DNA of 64,000 nucleotides from Candidatus Anstonellales archaeon (GCA_038890745.1 JAWAFD010000002.1:248782-312781); one strand, 5' to 3'; shown: positions 49,505-59,117, counted from the stretch's first letter. Notes: generated from the letters alone by a model not told the origin. Translations and numbers: made by a program.

Positions 49505-50404
49505 ATGCAAAGATATGAGCAGAAGATTGCTGTTGTTGGAAACATAAACCGAGATATCATCGCAAAAGCACGAGAGTACATAGGAAAAAGGGCGAAGGCG
49601 GAGTATTTTGAGGAAAAGATAGGTGGAAGCGCGACAAACTACGCCCGCGCCCTTGCAAAATTGGGGAGTAAGACATGGCTTTTTGCAAACGCGGGTAGGG
49701 ATTTTTCAAAGGAGGTCTTCAGCGACCTTGCTTCCTATTCTGTGAACCTTGAGCACATAGGAGTGGTTGAGGAAAAAAACGGAGTTGTGATCGTAATCAG
49801 CGAAGGAAAAGAAAAGAGAATGATATTTTGGCGTGGCGCAAACGATACTTTGAAAAAAAGAGATTTTTCAGCAATAAAAAATTTTGACATCGTGCATGTT
49901 TCGGATGTTGAAAAAGAAGTTGCGGAAAAAATAATAGAAAAAAAGAAAAAGGAAACAAAACTTTTTTTAGACCCTGGCTATGGCCTTTCCCTTCCTGCTT
50001 CTAAGATTAAGAATATTCTCTCTTCCACCCACACTATTTTTGTAGAAGGAAAAGAGGCGGAGATAATAACTGGAAAAAAGAAAGCAGAGGTAGCAGTTAA
50101 AGTGCTTCATGCATACGGAGCGAAACACGTTTTGTTCAAAGCAGAAAACGGGCTCATTTTTTCAGATGGCAGAAAAATGCACTTTCAACCAATCGCGCCC
50201 GTAAAATTAATCGACACCACTGGAGTTGGCGATGTGATAGGTGCAGCTTTTATCCACTTCTTCTATGATAAAAAACATGAAATAAAAAAATCCCTTCTTC
50301 TCACAGAACTCGCCGCTGCTGTTAAGGTAATGCACTACGGATTCTATGCCCCATCGTATTTGGAAATACAGAAAAAAGCAGAAGAGTTAAAATGGAAAGT
50401 ATGA
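49505..50404 (+). CDS. PfkB-family sugar kinase
   Basis: GGSATNYA..LG and DTTGVGDVIGAAFI motif. Confidence 0.75.
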   Translation: MQRYEQKIAVVGNINRDIIAKAREYIGKRAKAEYFEEKIGGSATNYARALAKLGSKTWLFANAGRDFSKEVFSDLASYSVNLEHIGVVEEKNGVVIVISEGKEKRMIFWRGANDTLKKRDFSAIKNFDIVHVSDVEKEVAEKIIEKKKKETKLFLDPGYGLSLPASKIKNILSSTHTIFVEGKEAEIITGKKKAEVAVKVLHAYGAKHVLFKAENGLIFSDGRKMHFQPIAPVKLIDTTGVGDVIGAAFIHFFYDKKHEIKKSLLLTELAAAVKVMHYGFYAPSYLEIQKKAEELKWKV

Positions 50405-50444
50405 AAAATAAATATAAAAAGAGAAAGAAAATAAAAAAGAAAAT

Positions 50445-50750
50445 TTATCCGAAAAGACTTGCCAGCCCAGCTGCGGCTTCCTCTTCACTCTTTTTCTCCT
50501 CTTTCTTTTCCTCCTTCTTTTCAGCCGGAGCTCCTGCAGCAGGTGCAGCAGCAACAGGTGCGGCGACCGCAACATTCTTCAGCAGGTCCTCAAAGTTTAC
50601 ACCTTTCACCGCTTCGGCAAGAACCTTTGCCTTTGCTTCATCAGCCTCAATCCCAGCTGCCTTAACAACCTCTACTATGCTTTTCTCGTTTATCTCTTTT
50701 CCGGCTCCATGAAGGAGCAAAACCGCATGCAAATATGGGTCAACTTTCAT
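50445..50750 (-). CDS. rpl12: 50S ribosomal protein L12 (acidic stalk P1)
   Basis: LLLHGAGKEINEKSI..AAPAAG..EKKEEKKEE..GLASLFG. Confidence 0.9.
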   Translation of the reverse strand: MKVDPYLHAVLLLHGAGKEINEKSIVEVVKAAGIEADEAKAKVLAEAVKGVNFEDLLKNVAVAAPVAAAPAAGAPAEKKEEKKEEKKSEEEAAAGLASLFG

Positions 50751-50764
50751 GTCCTCACCTCACT

Positions 50765-51643
50765 TTAACTGCCACCCTCCTTTTTTATTCCTTCTAGAGC
50801 ACCTGCCTGCCTTAAAGCAAACAGGAGAAGCTGCTCTATAGAAGCATCAGAGTATATTAAACCATTTATGCTTACATTCCTCGCTTGGGAAAATGCATCC
50901 CGCAGGAGGAGTTCTATGTTTTGTTTTGTAGGATAGACCGCGTTTACACTCAAGTTGAATGAATTCTTTAATTCTTTTTCTATTTCCGCAGCTATCTCTT
51001 CCGGCATTATGCTTACATCCTCTTTTCTGAAAATTGTTTCCCCATCATATCCTATGTAATAAACAACACCAGCACGGAATGGTTTTATCCCAAGCGTTTG
51101 TAATGCTTTAACCTTTATGGGTGTTAATACCTCTCCCTGCTTTGCAACAATGCTGTCCTTTGCAACAACTATTTTTCCTTTATCTATCTTAACATTCAAC
51201 CCCGCGCTTTTTAATTCAGACAGCGCAGGTCCTGCCGGTAGGTCTGTTTCACCCTCCGGCACAACTATATCATAAGGAGCAACCTGCCCAACTTTTGCTG
51301 GCATTTCCAATGTATTCTGCTTGAAAAAAACTGCAACCCTGTATGGCGATTCATCTATTGCTATTATTCCGGCAGGAAAATCGATGTTTTCAACAAGCTC
51401 TTTTGGTTTTCCGGCATCCACAACACTCCTCATTACTACTGTCTTTTTAGCAACCTTTGTTTCTCCCCCAAACTCCTCCCTTATTCTTTTCTTTATTTTT
51501 TGTAACAATCTATCCGGCGTATTTCTCAAATCTATTATTATAAGTCCTTTATGCCTCCTGAGCATGTTAGCAATCTCCTGAACCTCTTTTTTCTTCTTAA
51601 GAACAGATGGTTTGTCTTCCTTAAGTTTGTAATCTTTTCTCAT
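50765..51643 (-). CDS. rpl10: 50S ribosomal protein L10 (acidic stalk P0)
   Basis: Position between L1 and L12; K-rich N-terminus MLRRHKGLIIIDLRN; tandem repeat-like C-terminal domain. Confidence 0.85.
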   Translation of the reverse strand: MRKDYKLKEDKPSVLKKKKEVQEIANMLRRHKGLIIIDLRNTPDRLLQKIKKRIREEFGGETKVAKKTVVMRSVVDAGKPKELVENIDFPAGIIAIDESPYRVAVFFKQNTLEMPAKVGQVAPYDIVVPEGETDLPAGPALSELKSAGLNVKIDKGKIVVAKDSIVAKQGEVLTPIKVKALQTLGIKPFRAGVVYYIGYDGETIFRKEDVSIMPEEIAAEIEKELKNSFNLSVNAVYPTKQNIELLLRDAFSQARNVSINGLIYSDASIEQLLLFALRQAGALEGIKKEGGS

Positions 51644-51647
51644 GTTC

Positions 51648-52292
51648 TCACCCAGCTATCCTCACCGATTTTCCCATCGTCAGTTTTACAAACGCGCTTT
51701 TTATGTTTCCGGTAGCGACTTTTGTTTTTATCCTTTCAAAAACCGCGCTTATGTTATCAACAAGCATGTCCGGGTCCATGTCTTCAGTCCCAACAAAGCA
51801 CTGCACGGTTGGTAAGTATTTTCCCTTTGTTTGGATTTTAACTGTTTTCCTTGCTTTCTCTATCGCCTGCTTCAAATCCCCCACAAGTGGGGATGGTATC
51901 TTTCCCCTTGGGCCGAGCACTTTCGCAAGATGTTTTGCCGCAAGCCCCATCGCTTTCGGCTCTGCTAAGAAAACATGATCCTTTGCTAGTTTTTTAAGAT
52001 TTTTTGGGTCTTTTCCAAAAGCCTCAATTTCATTTATCTTTACAACGACATCTGCTCCGAGTTTTTTTGCGTTGTGCGTTGTTGTTTCCTCCCCTATTAC
52101 AACAACTTTGTTCTCCTTTCCTCCCATTCCTTTTGGCATTACTATGTCTAAATTTAATCTGTTCTCTGCTTTTGTAAAGTCAATCCCCTTGAAGTTTATT
52201 ATTAGTTCTACGCTTTGCTTGAACTTTCTTTTACCCTTTTCTTTTAAGCATTCTTCTACCGCGCTCTTTATCTTTTTTTCATCAATTTCCAT
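51648..52292 (-). CDS. rpl1: 50S ribosomal protein L1
   Basis: FKQSVELIINFKGID..LNLDIVMPKG..VKIQTKGKYLPTV. Confidence 0.9.
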   Translation of the reverse strand: MEIDEKKIKSAVEECLKEKGKRKFKQSVELIINFKGIDFTKAENRLNLDIVMPKGMGGKENKVVVIGEETTTHNAKKLGADVVVKINEIEAFGKDPKNLKKLAKDHVFLAEPKAMGLAAKHLAKVLGPRGKIPSPLVGDLKQAIEKARKTVKIQTKGKYLPTVQCFVGTEDMDPDMLVDNISAVFERIKTKVATGNIKSAFVKLTMGKSVRIAG

Positions 52293-52365
52293 GCTACCCC
52301 TCCCACTCTGCTATGGAGTGGTCCAAACGGTGGTTTTGTTTTTCTGTTCAGAAAGATATTTAAAC

Positions 52366-53850
52366 CTATCCACCCACGCTCCACGAGAGCCCATACCCCT
52401 CGCAGCTCCAAGCGTTTCCCACTGGCAATACCCTGACTATAAAATATGCCTCTCCGCTTCCGCCCTCAACTAAAGCAGCTATGCTTTCGTCCTCTCCTGC
52501 TTCATGTTCAGAGCACTCCCATTCAACCAGATTGCAGGATGAAAGATTTGAGCTCCAACATACACAAAGGTCAAAATCCACACCTGCCGGAACGCGTAGT
52601 TCTGCGCTTCCGGTTATGCTTCCGCTTATATTAGCCACACGTACTTTATAATAATCGTCATCACCCTTCAATATTTTTCCTTCTAGACCCCCACTTGAAC
52701 CGCTCAAAAGTTTTGCGCTTCCAATGTTGTTGTTTGGTTCATAGTTGTCATTTAATCCTTCATCCACCTGTCCATCGCAATCGTCATCTATCCCATTGCA
52801 TACCTCTGTTTTTCCAGGGTTTATGCTCTTGTTCGTATCATCACAATCATCATCATTCTCAGCTTTGTATTCTTCGCTTGCTGAACACAAACATTTCTTT
52901 TTGTTTATTCCATATCCGTCGCCGTCCACATCCTTATAATAATACTTGCACCCTATCGCGTTTTCTTCATCCACCCTTCCATCGCAGTTGTCGTCTTTTA
53001 CATTGCATTTCTCATTAGCCCCAGGGTTGATGTCATCATCGGTATCATCACAGTCTCCGGATTGATTTGCTCTATAAACATCATAGCCCATGCATAGGCA
53101 TTTTCCCATTCCTATTCCATATCCATCGTTGTCTTCATCTATGTAAAACCTTAGGCATCCCTGTAGGTTTTCTCCATCATCAGTCTTGTTGTCGCAGTTG
53201 TTATCCTTTCCATCGCAAACCTCGATTGCAAGCGGGCTTACTGTTTTATCGCTATCGTCACAATCCCCTCCTCTTCTTGCCGTGTAAGCTCCATCAGGCC
53301 CGCACAGGCATTTCATTACACTTCCATAACTGTCTTGGTCAACATCCAAATAATATTCAACGCATCCTTCTGCGTTCTCCTCATCTTTACTCCCGTCGCA
53401 ATCATCATCAATTCCGTTGCACTTCTCAACCGCGCCCGGATAAACCGCCTTATTGTTATCATCGCAGTCCTCTGTTACCCTATATCCATCCTTATCCCTA
53501 TCTGCCTCCTCTGCTGGTAGAACAATTACGCTGATTGTCTTATTTTTTCCATCCACACTTAGCGTATAGTTTGTAGTTTTTTCTGGCGTAACTGTTTTGC
53601 TCCCCTCCGGCTCAACCTGAACCATATCAAGCGCTACGATTGTTTTGTTGGTTGCATTCACAACCCTCCAGCTCAACATTGCGCTATCTCCTTTGTATAT
53701 GGTCTCTGGTGTTGCAGTAAAGTATTCTATTTCCGGAACGGGCTTTACCCCTTCCCCTACGCATCCTGCAAGAAGCAGGAGGAATAAAGAAATAACAATG
53801 ATGCCTCTCATGCAAAAAAAAGAAAAGAAAGAGTTTATAAACTTAAACAT
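52366..53850 (-). CDS. secreted lipoprotein-like protein with four Cys-rich MopE-type putative metal-binding repeats and a PPC-like C-terminal domain
   Basis: Lipobox-like LLLLAGC. Four repeats of the form (E/G)DCDD...(A/P)..NP(G/L)A.E.C(N/D)..D(D/N)(N/D)CD(G/N)..DE, plus a C-terminal beta-rich segment GDDDYYKVRVANISGSITG. Confidence 0.7.
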   Translation of the reverse strand: MFKFINSFFSFFCMRGIIVISLFLLLLAGCVGEGVKPVPEIEYFTATPETIYKGDSAMLSWRVVNATNKTIVALDMVQVEPEGSKTVTPEKTTNYTLSVDGKNKTISVIVLPAEEADRDKDGYRVTEDCDDNNKAVYPGAVEKCNGIDDDCDGSKDEENAEGCVEYYLDVDQDSYGSVMKCLCGPDGAYTARRGGDCDDSDKTVSPLAIEVCDGKDNNCDNKTDDGENLQGCLRFYIDEDNDGYGIGMGKCLCMGYDVYRANQSGDCDDTDDDINPGANEKCNVKDDNCDGRVDEENAIGCKYYYKDVDGDGYGINKKKCLCSASEEYKAENDDDCDDTNKSINPGKTEVCNGIDDDCDGQVDEGLNDNYEPNNNIGSAKLLSGSSGGLEGKILKGDDDYYKVRVANISGSITGSAELRVPAGVDFDLCVCWSSNLSSCNLVEWECSEHEAGEDESIAALVEGGSGEAYFIVRVLPVGNAWSCEGYGLSWSVGG

Positions 53851-53920
53851 TTATATTCCACGCTACAGGGAAAATTTGTTTTCCCATAGGTTTTTAATCC
53901 CTCTCTTCCCAGGAAAAAGT

Positions 53921-54382
53921 ATGAGAACAATAAAACCGGTTTTTGTTCTTGGAATTTTGGTTCTTATTGGTGCCGCTTACGCCTTCGTTGGATGTGCTTC
54001 CGATGCTTACAAGCAGGCATGCTACAACTGTCATTTTGATGAAAATGGGAAGATAGATAAAAAATGCTTAGAACAATACAAGCAGGAAGGGATAACCTGC
54101 ACAAGCAAAGCTTATCCAATAATGAGCGCTAAATACGCAGCAGGGCAGTGCCCGGAGGTTCAGGCCTGCGCTTCGGAATTACAGTCATGCATAGACCGCT
54201 ATTCCACTGGGAATGATAAACTAGACTGCGAAGGTGTAGAAGTGTTTGGATGCTACTATGATGCAGATATTTGTACAAGAAAAGCGGCTGAGAAATGTGG
54301 GGAAACGATCTATGCCTGTCCGGCGTTTATACTAGCATTCCTGTTCATCTCAGCCGGATTGGTAAAACACAGAAAAATCTAA
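53921..54382 (+). CDS. small Cys-rich secreted protein with C-terminal PAF-TM-KHRKI tail (PGF-CTERM-like)
   Basis: Start at the internal Met with an upstream AGGA. Signal peptide MRTIKPVFVLGILVLIGAAYAFVGC, 14 Cys, and C-terminal CPAFILAFLFISAGLVKHRKI. The ORF track 5' extension (53645) overlaps the convergent gene and is unlikely to be coding. Confidence 0.5.
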   Translation: MRTIKPVFVLGILVLIGAAYAFVGCASDAYKQACYNCHFDENGKIDKKCLEQYKQEGITCTSKAYPIMSAKYAAGQCPEVQACASELQSCIDRYSTGNDKLDCEGVEVFGCYYDADICTRKAAEKCGETIYACPAFILAFLFISAGLVKHRKI

Positions 54383-55443
54383 CTCTTTTTTACGGCTTCC
54401 TTTATTTCTTCTAAATATTTTTTATTTTTCTTAAAATACTCCCTACTCGGTTCAAGCATCGCAATAAGCTCTCTTGCAACAGCATTCTTCAGATCAAGCG
54501 GATGGAGGTTTCCTTGTGAATAAACCTTAACAAGCTCCTCGTAATTTTCAACCTCCAAGTCTCCACCAAACTTCGCAGGCCTTTCAATTTTCAAACCCCT
54601 ATCCCGCAAAATCAGATTATCTGCTATGGAGAGTATAGGGTTTCCCTCAATAACTTTTGGAGGGCAGTACGCCCTCTTAATCTTGCTTTTTATCTCCTCC
54701 TCAGAATCATGGATGAATATGCATGTTTCTGGCTTGCTCTTGCTCATCTTTGCCTCTATTATTTCATCCTCTGTTGGGTTCATCCTTTCTATTCCCTGCA
54801 ATCCAGGGATTAGTGTTGTATGTACGGCAACAAAATTTTTCTTCCCTATTTTATCGTGAACATCCTTTGCAAGCATGTGCGCCTTTCTTTGGTCTATTCC
54901 TGAATGCGCAATCTGCACATCCAATTTGAATATGTCTGCTGCCTGCATTGCGGGATAGAGTAAAAATGAAACATGCTGCGCCTCACCCTCTTTCCTCCCC
55001 ATTATTGCTGTTGCCCTAAGCATCCTGTGAATGGTTGTATGCCTTGTAATATTTATGACATCCTTCCAGTATTCATTATCATAAATTTCGCTTGCTAGAA
55101 TATATTTCACTTTATCCTCATCTAATCCAAGAGAGATGAACGCATGCTTAAAATATCCTGTTGCAATCTTCTGAATCCTCTTTAAATCCCCACCCAATTT
55201 GTTATTTATCCAAGCATGATAATCAGCCAAAAATATTGTTGGTTTTATCCCTGCCTGCAAAAAATCTTTTATTTTGAGTGCAGTCATCAAACCCGTTCCA
55301 AGATGCACCATCCCCGAAATCTCAAACCCGATATAATGCTTCGGATTGGAATAGTTCTCAAAAACTTCCCTAAGCTGATGCTCGCCGACAACCTCAATGG
55401 TCGGTTTTTTCTTCACAAGTTCAATCTTTTTCTCAATGTCCAT
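54379..55443 (-). CDS. tyrS: tyrosyl-tRNA synthetase
   Basis: GFEISGMVHLG (HIGH-type), LADYHAWIN, KMSKS, KRAYCPPKVIEGNPI, FGGDLEVENYEEL; near-collinear with archaeal TyrRS. Confidence 0.95.
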   Translation of the reverse strand: MDIEKKIELVKKKPTIEVVGEHQLREVFENYSNPKHYIGFEISGMVHLGTGLMTALKIKDFLQAGIKPTIFLADYHAWINNKLGGDLKRIQKIATGYFKHAFISLGLDEDKVKYILASEIYDNEYWKDVINITRHTTIHRMLRATAIMGRKEGEAQHVSFLLYPAMQAADIFKLDVQIAHSGIDQRKAHMLAKDVHDKIGKKNFVAVHTTLIPGLQGIERMNPTEDEIIEAKMSKSKPETCIFIHDSEEEIKSKIKRAYCPPKVIEGNPILSIADNLILRDRGLKIERPAKFGGDLEVENYEELVKVYSQGNLHPLDLKNAVARELIAMLEPSREYFKKNKKYLEEIKEAVKKS

Positions 55444-55569
55444 ACTGTGTATTCTCCATAACCCTTTAAAATGCTATGTTGAAAAATCTCTTCTCTCATT
55501 CCCTCACCTTGATAAGCCCTTGGCATTCATAAAATGGCACATAGTCTATGTACTCTTTCATCGTAAAGT

Positions 55570-57342
55570 TTAGAGTGTGGATACGATATAAAGAACCGCA
55601 GCAGCAGCGAGGATGAATATTATGGGGGCAACTATTCTTGCAACAGCAACTATGGAATTTACGGTTGAAACTATCTCTATGGCCTGCTTATGCCCAAGAA
55701 CATCAACATCCACCCATTCCTTATACACGCCTGCCTTTGCATTCTTCATACACTCAATCGCTCTTTCAACACCACTCACTGTATTTTCAACTATATTCTC
55801 ATCATACGCAAGAGGATTGAGAACACCGCGAACGTTGTTCCTCTCATGACTGTCCGTGCTGTAGATGCATACAACCGAACCCGGGTATTTTTCCTTAACT
55901 CTCTCTTCGAGCTTTTCTTTCATTTCTCGGCTTATTCCGTTTGCATCAAAAACTATTCCTATGAACATAGGAGAAGAAGAGATTACAAATACCTGCACAC
56001 CATTCCCACCGATCACTGGGTTTGACGGGTAGAAAGAAAAAAATCCTGCTTTCAATCTGCTTTTTTTTCCTTTTGCCTTCAGCGCGTTCTCCACAGCTTT
56101 CATATACTCGAACCCCTCGCGGCTTCCTGCGTCAAAGCTCGTGATCTCCTCAACATCTGAGTTGTGCATATCAACGATGAGTGCCTTATCAAGATATTTT
56201 TCTGCCATTTCCATCATGCTTAGCCCAAGCCCGAATGAAATATCCTCTGTGGTATATGGCGCTCTTGTTATGCTTATAATACCAGAATTTCCAAAAATGA
56301 GTGCATATGCTTTTGCTTTTCCGTACTCGCCTATTCTTAATTCTACGCTATCATTTTTTTCAACATTATTTTTTTTCGCTATAGAAACTATTTTCGCGAT
56401 TTCCCCATCAGATATAGGGTTGAAGTCATGGGTTGCTGTTCCGTGGAGAACAACACTCTCGCCAATTCTTTTTGAGATGAGAGAAGGAAAAGCACTCCCA
56501 CCCAAATTGCCGAACGGACCGAAATGTACATAAGGAACAACAATGTTTTTCCTCTCATTCCCAAAAGAAAAAGACACTCCACCAACGATGGTCTTGACCC
56601 TTTCCCCAACCTTTTCGAACGCCTCTTCAAGCTCTTTGCTTTCGTAAAACCACTGCGCCATGAACATGGAAACCGCATCCACGCTGCTTATCCCAAAGCT
56701 TTTTTTCATAGGCGCGTTTATTATCGAAAACAAAACATACAACGCAACCAAAAAAATGGCTGAAGAAACAAGAAACTTGAGGACAATATTCTCAAGAGAT
56801 AAGCCGATCGCGGTAAAAGTAAACGAATACACTATCAGCTGAAGGGTTGCGAAAAACAGCCCTCTCCATTTTGCAGAGAAAACAATCCTTCCGATTACAA
56901 ACCAAACCACGAAAACTATCGCTGCTGCTATGAACATCAGCTCAATTGAATATGGAAAGTTTATGGATTTCAAATAGAACGATAGCACAAAGAAAAATGA
57001 GTATACGATCTCTCCGAAAAGAGAGGTGGCAACTATCTGCTTGAAGGGAACCCTCCTTATTGCAATCTTCGCCATCACAGCGATGAGAAGGGCGGGAAGA
57101 GAAAGCATCGCAAATCCGTTTAGCATCCCTTCAATATTATGGTTTGCTGCAAATCCTGCCAGCGCACCGAGCATTACCATGGCTAGCAAAAGGTATTCTA
57201 TGGAGGGTAAGCTCACTATGTAGTTTGTGAGTTTTACTGCCTTCTTCTCAGCCATCCCCATAGAAAAGTTTTTTATTCCAAGAGTATATAAATGTTTATG
57301 GAACTGTGCATAAAGTGCGGCGTGAAAAGAGGAACAAAACAA
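55570..57342 (-). CDS. polytopic membrane protein with C-terminal soluble domain (DUF2070-like)
   Basis: 590 aa; about 7 N-terminal TM helices then a soluble domain; family is a guess from memory. The first 27 codons overlap the divergent nmd3-like gene. Confidence 0.5.
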   Translation of the reverse strand: MFCSSFHAALYAQFHKHLYTLGIKNFSMGMAEKKAVKLTNYIVSLPSIEYLLLAMVMLGALAGFAANHNIEGMLNGFAMLSLPALLIAVMAKIAIRRVPFKQIVATSLFGEIVYSFFFVLSFYLKSINFPYSIELMFIAAAIVFVVWFVIGRIVFSAKWRGLFFATLQLIVYSFTFTAIGLSLENIVLKFLVSSAIFLVALYVLFSIINAPMKKSFGISSVDAVSMFMAQWFYESKELEEAFEKVGERVKTIVGGVSFSFGNERKNIVVPYVHFGPFGNLGGSAFPSLISKRIGESVVLHGTATHDFNPISDGEIAKIVSIAKKNNVEKNDSVELRIGEYGKAKAYALIFGNSGIISITRAPYTTEDISFGLGLSMMEMAEKYLDKALIVDMHNSDVEEITSFDAGSREGFEYMKAVENALKAKGKKSRLKAGFFSFYPSNPVIGGNGVQVFVISSSPMFIGIVFDANGISREMKEKLEERVKEKYPGSVVCIYSTDSHERNNVRGVLNPLAYDENIVENTVSGVERAIECMKNAKAGVYKEWVDVDVLGHKQAIEIVSTVNSIVAVARIVAPIIFILAAAAVLYIVSTL

Positions 57343-57924
57343 TTCAAAGGATTATTCTGTGTAGATTGTTATGAGTGGAAAATAGAAATTCCAAAAAATA
57401 TAAGAGTGGAGAAATGTAAAAGATGCGGAAGGGTTAGGATTAGGGGAGAATGGAAGAGAACAAGCGAGAAGGAAATTAGTGATTATTTGATTGGTAAAAT
57501 AAAAGGAGAAAGATTTGAAAGGGGTGCGATCGATTTTGAAAACAAAAAGGCGATTTTATACTTTCTGGTTGATGATGGCGAAATGTTCCGGATGGAAAAA
57601 AACTATCCTTTTGCCGTAGTTGAAACAATCTGCCCTGACTGCTCAAGAAAGGCAGGAGGGTATTTTGAGGCAATTATACAATTCCGGGGGGACAGAAAAT
57701 TATATTTAAAAATAAAAGAGAAAATAGAAAGGATGCTAAGAAAAAAAACATTCATCACAAAACAGGAAAACCTTAAAGAAGGGATAGACGTCTACGTTGG
57801 CTCTTCAAAAGAGACCGCAGAGGTGCTTAGAGAGCTTGGGCTTAAGCCGGTTTTAAGCAGAAAGCTTTCAGGTTTGAAAGAAGGAAGGCGAATTTACAGG
57901 ACAACATTTATGCTGAGGTTCTAG
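57292..57924 (+). CDS. NMD3-like zinc-binding ribosome biogenesis/export adaptor homologue
   Basis: N-terminal CIKCG..CVDCY..CKRCG cluster and later CPDC, characteristic of the NMD3/COG1499 family; short at 210 aa. Confidence 0.55.
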   Translation: MFMELCIKCGVKRGTKQFKGLFCVDCYEWKIEIPKNIRVEKCKRCGRVRIRGEWKRTSEKEISDYLIGKIKGERFERGAIDFENKKAILYFLVDDGEMFRMEKNYPFAVVETICPDCSRKAGGYFEAIIQFRGDRKLYLKIKEKIERMLRKKTFITKQENLKEGIDVYVGSSKETAEVLRELGLKPVLSRKLSGLKEGRRIYRTTFMLRF

Positions 57925-58955
57925 ATTTGCAGAATGCTTCTCATGTCTTTCCCAGCTTTTTTAGCAAGCTCGACCGTGTCACCCGTCCCTAAGGTGAGAG
58001 AAAGAAGGGTTGTTTTGAACCTTGCAACCAGAGCAAAAGCAGCTGCCTTTGCATTGCTCACCCCATACAAACCCAAAACAAGAACCGCCCCTCCCTCGCT
58101 CAACCCCATCCCTGCTAACGTGGGGGTGGGTATGAATTCTAAAATGGTGAGCATGGGTTGAAAAAGCATATAGAAAATTATTTCATCCATTCCACTATCA
58201 ATGGTTATTCCAACCGATTTTGCTACAAAATACCAGCTCAATGCTTTTGCTGGCCATGCTATTGCTATCATCGCAATTATCACCCACATCTCCTTTATGA
58301 TAATATTTGAATGCTTCTGCATCCTTTCAACCATATTCAGTAGCTTTTCAACAGGAAGAAGAAGGAGCTTTCCAAAAATAACATGCTTCAAAAAAGAGGA
58401 AAGCCATCTCAGGAATTTTAAGAATTTTGCAGAAAACATAAGAAGTGTCATTATTGCTATCATAATAACCAGCACAAAAACCCCTAAATACAAATACATC
58501 GGGTCTTCTACTTCCGCAACCTTTGATGCTATAAGAAGTATGCCCAAACTTCCTCCCAAAACCTTTGTAATAAAATCAAAAACCTGAGGGCCTAGCGCAA
58601 CCAAAAATGCTTTTTCTGAAGAGACTTTATAATTGTAGTGTAGAGATAGTGAAGAGCTAAAGTACCCTACCCTCGCCGGGGTAAAATCTGCTGCCAGCAT
58701 TCCAGCAAAATGCGCTTTCAGAACATCAAAAAATTTTATCTTCACTTTCATTGCTTTTAACAGATGAAACATCCTGTAAGCCATGGCCAAATACATTACG
58801 AATAGTGCAACTATTGCCAAAAACAGATAGAATAGATCAAGGTTTTTTATCTCCCTTAAAACCTCAACCCCGCCTGAGAAATAAACTACAAGCGCGATGA
58901 GGATTACTGAGATCAATGCGTTTATGATGAATTTTTTTGACATTCGTCCACCCAT
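57921..58955 (-). CDS. UPF0104/flippase-like (MprF-type TM domain) membrane protein
   Basis: 344 aa, about 8 TM helices, basic N-terminus MSKKFIINALISVILIALVVYFSGG. Family is recalled, not searched. Confidence 0.55.
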   Translation of the reverse strand: MGGRMSKKFIINALISVILIALVVYFSGGVEVLREIKNLDLFYLFLAIVALFVMYLAMAYRMFHLLKAMKVKIKFFDVLKAHFAGMLAADFTPARVGYFSSSLSLHYNYKVSSEKAFLVALGPQVFDFITKVLGGSLGILLIASKVAEVEDPMYLYLGVFVLVIMIAIMTLLMFSAKFLKFLRWLSSFLKHVIFGKLLLLPVEKLLNMVERMQKHSNIIIKEMWVIIAMIAIAWPAKALSWYFVAKSVGITIDSGMDEIIFYMLFQPMLTILEFIPTPTLAGMGLSEGGAVLVLGLYGVSNAKAAAFALVARFKTTLLSLTLGTGDTVELAKKAGKDMRSILQI

Positions 58956-58963
58956 TTTAGTTT

Positions 58964-59086
58964 GGCCGGGGCCGGGACTTGGACCCGGACCTAAGGCTTT
59001 CGGTTAACCTTCTTTGGTTAAGCTTTCTTGGCAACCCGAAGAAAGGTTATCCACAGGCCTCCACGCTACCATTACGCCACCCCGGC
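58964..59086 (-). tRNA. tRNA-His(GUG) with a 52-nt intron at 37/38; C73 discriminator, no encoded G-1, unusual C55 in the T-loop
   Basis: The reverse complement gives acceptor GCCGGGG/CCCCGGC, D-stem GCGT/GCGT (wobbles), anticodon stem GAGGC/GCCTT, loop CTGTGG[intron]A and T-arm CCGGG-TCCAAGT-CCCGG. The intron holds two hairpins. Confidence 0.55.
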
Positions 59087-59117
59087 GTGTGAGGATTATT
59101 TAATCATAAAAAATATT

